64,000 nucleotides of DNA, taken from contig NC_082710.1 of the NCBI RefSeq assembly GCF_030144855.1, positions 181,784,001 to 181,848,000 of the forward strand. Reading direction: 5' to 3'. A program made the translations under genes and the position numbers. Shown here piece after piece: positions 48,001 to 57,749 of this stretch (positions are counted from its first letter, which is position 1; each line of letters starts with the position of its first letter). The stretch is from Hypanus sabinus (Eukaryota). The notes beneath the pieces were generated by a model. It did not search any database, had not been told where the DNA came from, and saw only the letters and a list, made by a program, of their open reading frames with translations.

Positions 48001-51000
48001 GTACACCACATCCACTGGCTTCCCCTCGTCTAACATCCTTGTTACACCCTCAAAAAACTCCCAACAGATTAGTCAAGCATGATTTGCCCTTGGTAAATCC
48101 ATGCTGGCTCGGCCTAATCCTATTTCTGCGACCTAGATGTGCCACTATTTCGTCCTTAATAATGGACTCAAGCATCTTCCCCACGACTGACGTTAGGCTA
48201 ACAGGGCGATAGTTCTCCGTTTTCTCCTTCCCTCCCTTCTTGAAAAGTGGGACAACATTAGCCACTCTCCAATCTTCAGGAACTGATCCTGAATCTAAGG
48301 AACATTGGAAAATGATAACCAATGCATCCGCAATTTCCTGAGCCACCTCTTTTAGAACCCTCAGATGCAGACCATCTGGACCTGGGGATTTATTAGCCTT
48401 CAGTCCTACCAGTCTACTCATCACAGTTTCTTTCCTAATGTCAATCTGTCTCAATTCCTCTGATATCTTATGACCCTGGCCCATCCATACATCTGGGAGA
48501 TTGCTTGTGTCCTCCCTGGTGAAGACAGATCTAAAGTATGCATTAAATTCTGTTGCCATTTCCCTGTTTCCCATAACAATTTCTCCCAATTCATTCTTCA
48601 AGGGGCCAACATTGTTTTTAACTATCTTCTTTCTCTTCACATAGCTAAAAAAGCTTTTGCTATCCCCTTTTATATTCCTGGCTAGACTGAGCTCATAACT
48701 GATTTTTTCTCTCCGTATTGATTTTTTAGTTAAGATCTGTTGTTCCTTAAAACTTTCCCAATCATCTGTACTCCCACTCATCTTAGCCCTGTCATATTTC
48801 TTTTTCTTAATGCTATACAATCTCTGACTTCCTTTGTCAACCACTGTGGCCCCTTCCCCCTCTTTGAATCCTTCCTTCTCATTGGAATGAACTGCTTTTG
48901 CATCTTTTGTATTATGCCCAAGAATATCTGCCACTGCTGATCCACTGTCTTTCCTGCCAGGGCATCCGCCCATTTAACTTTGGCCAGCTCTTCCCTCATG
49001 GCTCCGTAGTCTCCTTTATTTAATTGCAACACTGACACCTCTGATCTGCCCTTATCCCTCTCAAATTGTAGATAAAAACTTATCATGTTATGATCACTAC
49101 TTCCTAATGGCTCCTTTACTTCAAGATCACTTATCAATTCCTGTGCATTACACATCACCAAGTCCAAAATAGCCTCGTTCCTGGTTGGCTCAAGCACAAG
49201 CTGTTCCAAAAATACATCCCTTAGACACTCCACAAACTCCCTATCCTGGGGTCCAGCACCGACCTGATTCTCCCAGTCCACCTGCATGTTGAAATCTCCC
49301 ATAACGACTGCATTACCTTTAGCACATGCCAATGTTAACTCCCTAATCAACTTGTACCCAATATCCACGCTACTGTTTGGGGGCCTGTACACAACACCCA
49401 TTAGGGTCTTTTTACCCTTACTGTTCCTCAGCTCAATCCACACAGACTCTACTTCCCCTGTTCCCAAGTCACCTCTTGCTAAGGACTGAATCTCATTCCT
49501 CACCAACAGTGAGGAACACTGAAACACTGAAACACGAACATTCGTGCTTCCATTCCAGGCAGTCAATATTCTCTCCACCACACATCTATAGGTGCTTGCC
49601 AAAGTTTTAGATGACGTGCCTAATCTACAGGAGAAGAAGCGTGGCTGGGCTTTCTCCGTAATAGTTCGCAGGTGCTGCGCCCAGGACGAGTCCTCCTAAA
49701 TAATAACACCCAGGAATTTAAATTTGCTGATCCTCTCCACCTCTGATCATGAGGACTGGCTCATGGGCCTCCAGTTTCTTCCTGTTCTGTTTCTTTGTAT
49801 TTACTGTGAATGCCTGCGTTAAATGTACATGGTGATGTACTTGTCCTTTGATAATAAATTTACTTTGAACTTTTCTTGAACAAGGAAAGGCGCTGCAAGA
49901 GCAACGCACACAAGAACACTGGAGGAACTCAGCAGGTGAGGCAGCATCAGTGGAGGTGAATGAATGGTCGACGTCACAGGCTGAGACTCTTCATCACGGA
50001 CGGGTAGTGAGGGAACTGAAACCAGAATTAGGAGGTTGGAGGAGGGGGAGGAGTACAAACTGGCAGCAGACAGGTGAGAGGGAAGGTGGCTGGCTGTGGG
50101 AGGGTGAAGTAAGAAGCTGGGAGGCGTTAGGTAGAAAAGGTACCAGGCTGACGATGGAATCTGCTAAGGGAAGACAGATCCATGGGAGAAAGGGAAGCTG
50201 AGGGGCATCAGAGGGAAGTTTTGGGCAGGTGAGCAGAAGAAAAGGATTGGGAGGGAAACCTGAATGGGGAATAGAGAAGAAAGGGGGGGAGATGTTCAAG
50301 AGGGGAGGCCACCCAGACAGAGTATGAGGTGTTACTCCTCCAACCAGAGAGGGGCCTCTTTACAGCCATGGAATGACTTTCAGAGTGGGAAAAGGAATTA
50401 AAATGGATGGTCACTGGGACATCCCGTCTGTTGTGGCAGATGGAGTGAAGATGCTGTGAGGAGGGGTGTGGACACAGGAAGTCATTCAGGCGAGGCTTAA
50501 ACCAGTGGCGAATTCCACACTAATATGAAGAGAAGGAAAGATAATCCTGGCAAACATACACTCCCAAACCATCAGATTATGAATTGAATACCAAAGAATA
50601 GCCATGATTTATTTGCCATTACTTTTCAGTTTTGGAGTTGGTCTTTGGTTACTCCAAGTTTGCTAACAAATTAGTTATATGTTTCTATTTTTTTAAAATC
50701 TTTTTGAATATTGTCAGTAGAGTCTGACCTCCAACTGTTAGCAGGATCTTTGTTTCATCGTAGTCATCTTTGTAGTCGATGAAGCACCTATATTCCCCAC
50801 TGTCATGTGCATTTACGTTCTTCAGCTTGAGAGAGGCATTCCCATGAGGAAGCTCTTCTCTGTAAAGCTGCGTCCTGCCTTTGTAAGCTGCGTCCTGTAC
50901 GGTGGGCTGATCGCGGCCAGCGGCGTACAAGTGCACTGGCGCAGAAAAGTAATTTTTAAACCATCGAACCTCCATGCCCATCAGGGAGACGTTTGGTTCC

Positions 51001-54000
51001 GTTCTGCACTCCAGTACAACATCTTCACCCACGGCGACGACAGGGGAATCCTCTGGTCCCACAACGTGAATCGTCACTGGAAAAATATAAAAATTTAAAA
51101 CCAACGATTATCTTTATTTGATGGAAACATGCAGTGAGATGCACCGTTTTGTGTTAACAACCAACACAATCCAAGCACTGTGATGGGTTACTTCTTGTGC
51201 CAACAAGGCATGCCTACAATGCTGTTACCCTAACTCATGTCTCTGGGATGTGGGAGGAAACTGGCGTAGCCATAGCAACCTCACTGGTCACATGGAGGAT
51301 ATACAAACTCAACCCCAATCAAACTCAACTCAACCCCAATCAGCGATCGCTGCCGTTGTAAAGTGACGCATGAACCACTCCCCCCATTTCACACAGGTAC
51401 TTCAGTTGCAGAGATGGGGAGAAGGGTGAGGATTGGGTTGGGGTGACAACTGTCAGGAAAAGGATTTTGGATCCGAGGGGCCTGGGTCAGATAATTTAGA
51501 GGCGCCGTCACTATCCATCACAGGCACTAGCCTCCCCAGCAACCAGGACATGTTCAACAGGTGGATGCCTCAAAAAGAATCATCACGGACCCCCATCAAC
51601 CAGGGCATGCCCTCTTCTCATCACTGTTACCATCAGGGAGGAGGCACGGGACCCTGAAGACACACACTCAGCGATTCCTGCCTGCCATCAGATTTTGGAA
51701 TATGCAATGAACCCATGAACTAACTAAGCAACACACACAAAATGCTGGAGGAACTCAACTGGCTAGGCAGCATCTATGGTAAAAAAAAAGTACAATCGAC
51801 ATTTCGGGCCGAGACTGGAGAAAAAAAAGAAAAGCGGTAGTTTTAAAAGGAGTGGGGAGAGGAGAAAGAGAAACATCAGGTGATTGGTGAAACTGGGAGG
51901 GGGAGAGTTGAAAAAGCAGGGAAGTTGATCAGTGGAAGAGATACAGGGCTTGAGAAGGGGGAGTCTGAGAGGAGAGGACAGAAGCCATGGCGGAAAGAAA
52001 AGGGGAGAGGAGCACCAGGGAACGGGGCAATGGTCAGGCAAGGGAATGAGGTGAGAGAGGGAAATGGGGAACGGTGGGGAAGTGTGGACATTACCAGAAG
52101 TTCAAGAAATTGATGTTCATGCCATCAGTTTGGAGGCTACCCAGACGGAATTGACGTTGTTCTTCCTCCAACTTGAGTGTGGCCTCATCGCGACAGTAGA
52201 GGCCATGAATGGACATGTTGGAATGTGAATGGGAAGTGGAATTAAAATGGGCGGCCACTGGGAGATCCTGCTTCTCCTAGTGGCTGAAGGATAGTTGTTC
52301 GCAGAAGCTGTCTCCCAATCTCTGTTGGGTCTCTCCGATATACAGGAGCACGGGACACGGTATATGACCCTAACAGAACCACAGCTGAGGTGTTGATAAA
52401 CTATTCAGTATACTTTTCCCTCTCTTTTTGCACTACTTATTTATTTTTTAAATATATACACTTACTGTAATTTGTAAGTTTTAATCTAATGTATTGCAAT
52501 GTAACAGTTTTCATGACATACAGTGGTGATATCAAACCTGATTCTCATTTCCTTGTATTTACTGTTTATAAAGTTTAATATACAAGTGTCATAGCTAACT
52601 TTCGCACTTTCAAAATGATTATAGAAATCTATCAGTTTATGATCACTCTAACCCAGAGCATCTTGCATTGAGATCCTGCCTCTCTGGTTACAAATGATCA
52701 GGTCTAAACAGCCTCATCTTTGGTTGCTTCTGCAAGATTTTTTTCTGCGAAACTGTCCTAAAGACACTGTGTTCTTGTCCTCCAAGCTACGTTAGTTTGT
52801 TTGTTTTGTGTACTTTTTCCACAGCCCACATTCTGTCCACCTTAGCACTGCAGTGTCATTGCCTTTAGAGACCTGCAGATCATGTGAATAGGACACCACG
52901 TTTTATGAGGATAGGAGTCAGAGAAATTTACTATCGCCAATTAGACTTAAACGAGTCCACAGAATCTGATACTTGGTTTAATTACTTTACTATGTGATCA
53001 GCCACTGAGATGTAACACTGAGCGTCATGGGAAGTCATTCCTGCCTGTGGCCATCAAACTTTACATTTCCTCCCTCGGAGTGTCAGACACCCTGAGCCAA
53101 TAGGCTGGTCCTGGACTTATTATTTCCACTTGGCATAATTAACTTATTATTATTTAATTATTTATGGTTTTATATTGCTATGTTTCTACACTATTCTTGG
53201 TTGGTGCGGCTGTAACGAAACCCAATTTTCCTCGGGATCAATAAAGTACGCCCGTCTGTCTGTCATGGACAGCCAATTAGGATTCTGCGAAAGAGAATAC
53301 AATCTTGGTCTTTTATACCATAAAATACCCGCAGATTTCAGGGGTCAAGAGTTCCTGCTTCGGCTTTATCAACAGTTTTTGGATGCTCCCATACCTTACA
53401 CATAGGGTTCCCACGTACCAATCAGTTGCCCATTAATTAGAAGAAACCAAATCTTTAGCCATACAGTCTTGAAGGGTTAAGGTTTCCTCCTTACACACAA
53501 CTTCCACGCGTTGTCAGTTCTTCATTACCAACAGGACTTACTACAACTGTGCGTTATCAGTTCTTCATTTCTAACAGGACATTGCTAATTAGTACAGTTA
53601 GACAGAGCCCATTTGCTCCTCACCCTGCTATTCTCATGATTTTGTTAACCCTTAATTCTCAACCTTAATTTTCTTTCAGAATAGGTTGTTTCTCTTTGGA
53701 TAAGATGTGACTTGGTAGAGGTGTACAAAATGATAAGGGGCAAAGATGAACTGGATGGCAAGAGACTTTTTCCCAGGGTGGAAATGGCTAATTCGAGGGG
53801 GCACAATTTTAAGGTGACTGGAGGAAAATGTACAGGGGATGTCATAGGTAGTGTTTTAACACAGAGAGTGGTGCGTTGGGTTGGTGGTAGGGACAGGTGT
53901 ATTATGGACAGTTAAGAGACTCCTAGATCGGCACATGGATAGAAAAATGTACAGTAATTTAGGAGGGAAAAGTTAGATGGATCTTAGAGTAGGTTAAAAG

Positions 54001-54443
54001 GTAGGCACAACATTGTGGGTGTAATGTTCTATGATCACACAAAGCAGGGCTCACGTTCAGAGTGAAGACCCGCCTCTGAGTGGGAGCCAAATCTCATCTA
54101 CTGCCAAACAAGCATCAAGAAACAAAGTTGAACACAACAGCTTGGGTCTGTGCCCCAATGACTGACAGGAAGTCGTTCACAGAGGATCCGAGGTAAAAAT
54201 ATCACATTTAGTTACGGATACAGTAAACACCCATTTGTGATTGGCAACTGTTTATCTGATAAGATTCCACTGCACAACACACAAAAACAATTTGAATCTA
54301 AACAATTCCGCTTATTCCAAAAATACATGTTTAATGTTGTTACAGCAGAAGATATAATTAATGTAAAGGTCAGAAATCTTACCTGATAAGGCTGTTTGAA
54401 AAATGCAGAACACAAACAAAATTCTGGGGCAGCTTCTTTCCAT
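32483..54443 (-). CDS. Butyrophilin-like protein (signal peptide-IgV-IgC-TM-short linker-B30.2), whole model ~488-497 aa
   Basis: Exons 54443-54383 (61), 51076-50729 (348), 45500-45216 (285), 43728-43609 (120), 38529-38503 (27), 35228-35202 (27) and 33081-32483 (599). All junctions are phase 1 and GT-AG, and the sum is in frame. A possible extra 27-nt exon lies at 42465-42439. Confidence 0.88.
33180..33700 (+). mobile_element. Rex1/Babar-type LINE 3' relic
   Basis: Degenerate HRLYFLR segment, with 3' sequence shared with 45690-46200 and other copies. Confidence 0.5.
35202..35228 (-). CDS. Butyrophilin-like 27-nt microexon (GYNDHEINE)
   Basis: ttttctcaacAG|GTTATAACGATCATGAAATAAATGAAG|GTaagt: strong splice sites, phase 1-1. 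Confidence 0.85.
38503..38529 (-). CDS. Butyrophilin-like 27-nt microexon (ELKLFCILE)
   Basis: ctttgtttacAG|AACTGAAGCTGTTCTGCATTTTGGAAG|GTaggt, phase 1-1. Confidence 0.7.
38880..40150 (+). mobile_element. CR1 3' fragment (degenerate)
   Basis: Contains LQLKKALVRPHQEYC and RVQKRFTGMLPG remnants and a CR1 3' UTR. Confidence 0.75.
39593..39847 (+). mobile_element. tRNA-derived SINE, young, inserted in CR1
   Basis: A box TGGCGCAGTGA and B box GAGTTCAAATCC. CpG-rich. Flanked by the direct repeat GAGTGG (39587-39592 and 39848-39853). Confidence 0.7.
40390..42150 (-). mobile_element. CR1 LINE ORF2 3' part, frameshifted
   Basis: Contains PGNYRPVSLTS, VDVVYMDFSKTFDKVP and CANDTKIRGVVD in ORFs 41615-41842, 41392-41628 and 40995-41462. 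Confidence 0.88.
42439..42465 (-). CDS. Possible additional butyrophilin-like 27-nt microexon (EKNYLSYEP)
   Basis: AG|AAAAGAACTATTTGTCCTATGAACCTG|GTtaat keeps phase 1-1, but the acceptor is weak and abuts a repeat. Confidence 0.3.
43609..43728 (-). CDS. Butyrophilin-like transmembrane exon
   Basis: attattttgcAG|...EGFFPRTNAWMVAFIVFLILVIGAIVCEVFRHRGKRVRIK G|GTtggt: a 21-aa hydrophobic run followed by a basic stop-transfer segment. Not listed in the supplied ORF track. Confidence 0.88.
44248..44470 (+). mobile_element. V-SINE/HE1-type tRNA-derived SINE
   Basis: Head ggcacagtagtgtag...gggttcaattcc, then the central tgcaaggagt.tgtacgttctccc...tttcctcccacatccca domain. A similar relic lies at ~3400-3545. 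Confidence 0.55.
45216..45500 (-). CDS. Butyrophilin-like IgC exon (285 nt)
   Basis: GVGQQPWIDLEG...VRLVCRSDGWYPVPTVHW...GLYAVFSQIDV...YSCVMRNNVLNEEKE, the typical B7/BTN IgC pattern C.S.GWYP.P...W. Confidence 0.93.
45690..46200 (+). mobile_element. Rex1/Babar-type LINE 3' relic
   Basis: KKAQQRLYFLRSL and the family's recurrent 3' sequence (ggaaggaggtacaggaacctcaggacccccaccaccaggttcagg). Confidence 0.55.
46810..49510 (-). mobile_element. Young CR1 LINE, 5'-truncated, nearly intact ORF2 (APE and RT) with two 1-bp frameshifts
   Basis: ORFs 48778-49602 (VVYRPPN, MGDFN, ILDLV, SDH), 48050-48973 (KSPGPDG, NYRPVSLTS) and 46900-48036 (QGSVLGP, FADDTK) abut. The 3' UTR ends in (ctattgt)n repeats. 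Confidence 0.96.
50729..51076 (-). CDS. Butyrophilin-like IgV exon (348 nt)
   Basis: VTIHVVGPEDSPVVAVGEDVVLEC...MEVRWFK...VHLY..GRD...AYKGRT.L...GNASLKLKNV.AHDSGEYRCFI. 348 nt is the usual BTN/MOG-type IgV exon size. Confidence 0.95.
54383..54443 (-). CDS. Butyrophilin-like leader exon (signal peptide MERSCPRILFVFCIFQTALS)
   Basis: ctttacAG|TG ATG...TCA G|GTaaga: 61 coding nt, phase 1, joins in frame to the IgV exon. Confidence 0.85.
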
Positions 54444-57167
54444 CACTGTAAAGAATCGATTCCCTATAGAAAATATGTTTCTTGTGAGGATAATATCAAA
54501 CGGCCAATGTAAATGCAACACCAACAACTTTCCTCTTTCAGAACATTTCCAGATGCCTCCAGGGGCTGCATTCAAACAAAAACTTATTATGCTGCACTTG
54601 CTGATAACAACTCTTTATCGTCTGTCTTCACCACCCTCCAGCTACTCTCTGCAAATCTTTCACCAAGACCTGCTAAAGATTTCACATTGCTATTCTAGCC
54701 CACTGAACATGGAACACAACAGTACAGGCCCTTCCGCCCACTCATTGAGATTGAGATCAATCTGACTCTTCCCTCTTACATTACCTCCCACTTCTCCTTC
54801 ATCCATGTGCTTATCTAGGAATCACTCAAATGCCCCCAATGTATCTACCTCTACCATCACCCCCGTCGGTCTTCCATGTACTTACCGCTCTCTGTGTAAA
54901 ACTTATCTCGGATATCCTCTCCAGGCTTACCTCCAATTACTTTCAAATTCGTATTAGCCATTTCCAACCTGGGGAAAAGTCTCTGGCTGTCCACTCGCTA
55001 TCTGCCTCTTATCATCTTGTACACCTCTGCCAAATCACCTCTTATCCTCCTTTGTCCCAAAGCGGAAAGAAACAGCTCGTTCATCAGCCCATCCTCAAAA
55101 CATTTTGGAGAAAAGTTGTTCTTTTCCTATTTTCAGAGAATTCAGTTTAGAGTACTGTATAACCCTTATGGATCTCAGGGCTATGCATTTAATATATCCC
55201 TCTATAAAAACTGCCAGTCTCTGATTTAATGTCAACAATTGCCCGTTGGAAGAAAATAGATTCAAACCAATACCTCCTCCTCATGACACTGCTGAATCTC
55301 AGGTTTAGATATTTTTACCTTGTGCTTTGGCCACAAAAGGGGATAGGGTGGCAAACAGCTTATTTGCATTCATCGGTCAGAGTGTGGAGTTTAAAAGTTG
55401 GCAAGACACGTTGCAACAGTATAAAAATATTGTTGGGTCTCATTTAGAGTGTGTGAGCGGTGAAAGAGGTAAATGGCTAAAGAAGAAGGAATCTGTCTGG
55501 GGTGTGGACGATGGGAAAAAGGGAAGGAGGAGGGGCACCAGACAGAGTTGATGGGTAGATGAGGAAAAGAACAGGGGTGATAGGGAAACCAGAGTGAGGA
55601 ATGAAGAAAGAATGAAAGGTGGGGGGGGGGGGGCTGGAAATTACCGAAAGCTAGAGAAATCCATGTTCCCGTCATCAGGTTGGAGCCGACCCAGATGGAA
55701 CATAAGTTGTTGCTGCAATCTGAGAAGGTTAGATTCAAGATTGTTTAATGTCATTTCCAGTACACAAGTGTAAAGAAGAACAAAATAATTGTTTCTACGG
55801 ATCCCATGCAGCACGGAAAAAGTACAATAAGATATGCAATACAAAAATCATTAAAAAACACAATAAATATAAAGACATAAGATAACTTGTACACCTAGAT
55901 TGGTTGTCCATAAAGTGATGCTAGGTACTGGAGTGTCTGTGCATAAGGTGACTGATGGGAAATAATGAAGAACTGATAGAGAAGTGGGTTAGTGGATGGA
56001 GGTGTTGATCAGCCTTACTGCTTGCGGTCTGGTGACCCTGGCATAGATGCTAGTAGCCCCTCCCTGATGGGAGTGGGGCAAGCAGTCCATGAGCAGGAAG
56101 GGTGATGGTACTGGCCCTTGATGGTGGGTAGGCTGGTGCCAGAGATCCACTGGAGAGATAAATTCATCTTTTTTTTTGCCCAGAAAAGGAGGCAAAGGGT
56201 CTGGGAAAGGGAGGGAGGTAAATTGGATCACATGACCAATGTGAAAGTGAGTCATTGGGATCGGAAGTTTATCAAATGCCAGTGGTGGAAGTGACGTGGG
56301 AGGAGGCTGGAGAAAGGAAAATGTTACCCCTTATGAGGAGCCGTGGAGAGCGGATCTCCAGCAGGTTAACTACAGCTCGAGTCATTGATCACTACAGCAC
56401 AGGAACAGGCCATTCGGCCCACCTATTCTGTGCTGAACTGCTAGTCTGCCTGGATCCACCGACCACACCTGGACCAACACCCTCTCTACCCTTCCCATCC
56501 ACGTACTTCCCTAAACTTAAATGTTGCAATCAAACTCGTGTCCCCAACTGTTTCCACACCCTCACCATCCTCTGGGTGAAACAGCTCCCCTTAACATTCC
56601 ACCTTTCTCTCTTAATCCTGGTAAATCTTCTCCCTCTCATTCTAATATCATCCAACCTCAGTGGGAAAAAACCCTATCTAAACCTCTCATAATGTTGTGT
56701 TTCAAATCTCCCCCCCCCCACCCCACCCCTTCTCCAACACTCCAGTGAATACCCTTTTCTGCAAAGCAGGAGCTCAAGTCCTGGCACATCCTTTCAATTT
56801 TCTCTGAACTCTTTCAATTAGATTGATACCGGGAGACCTGACCTGATGCTCATAGACCAGGCCAGTCTTTGTCATACCAGAGCTTCAGAACACACAAAAG
56901 CCAAACAGCAGGCCATTCAGCCCAACCAGGCCGTTCATGCTCCACAAATGACTCTTCGCAGCCGATTCAATTCTCATCAAGGGATAGATCGCAGACTCCT
57001 GAAGGAGCTCCCGCTGTCCCCACTGCAGAGCGGTGAGGCTCGTCCCTCCCGAATTGGGGTATGACCAGGAATTGTCGCTGGGGTCAACCGGGGCAGCGGC
57101 TCTCCCTTTCACTGACCCCCAATGGGAAATAGGCCCCCGCAGTATTACGTTCCTCAGCCCCACTCAC

Positions 57168-57400
57168 CGATCAATCCCGGAAGCGGCCGCTTCCCCTCGG
57201 GCAGGGAGCAGAACCCCGCCCCTCTTTGGTCAATGTGTAACCCGCTCACATCCACACAGTGGAGTAAACGCGCCTTCTTCAGTGTGGGGCGAGGGAACAC
57301 CCTGCAGGAGGGGGAACAGTAAAAAATATATAATATTCCGCAAAATGGATGCAATAAATGGGCGGGACGGTGAAAGTGAAACTGTACTGGGGATTGGAAA
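57168..57400 (-). promoter_or_regulatory. Candidate promoter and non-coding first exon of the butyrophilin-like gene, with ISRE
   Basis: Minus-strand order: CCAAT (~57392-57396), ISRE AGTTTCACTTTC (57372-57383), GC box (~57360-57366), TATA-like TTATATAT (~57325-57333), second GC box (~57215), strong donor CG|GTGAGT after 57168. CpG-rich, non-repeat context. Confidence 0.55.
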
Positions 57401-57749
57401 AGACAGCTAATGCACTCAGACAGGGTTTTGTTCAAACAGGGTCTTGAGCCCGAGCAGGAGAGGGTTCCAAGAATGGGCTCGACCCAGCATCTCCCTGTAG
57501 ATCACCTGGTATGGAAATAGAAACTCCCGTGGACCCAGCTGTAGAGAGAGTCCAGCAGAGGTCACTGGCCTTGGGAGCAGATCCCAAACACCTGGTGCCG
57601 TCTCCTGGAGAAGCCATTGCCCACTGTAAGGTTTCCCGGAATGACTTCTCTGCACGCCGCCATGGAACACGCCCAAGCGCAGGATAATTCCTCTACCGTG
57701 CGGTGGCCCTTCCCCTGTCTGCACTGCGGACCCTGTATGGGTCACACCA

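Noticed and set aside
57416-57745. 109-aa minus-strand ORF upstream of the butyrophilin promoter
   Set aside because: No recognisable family or splice context. Possibly a decayed repeat.
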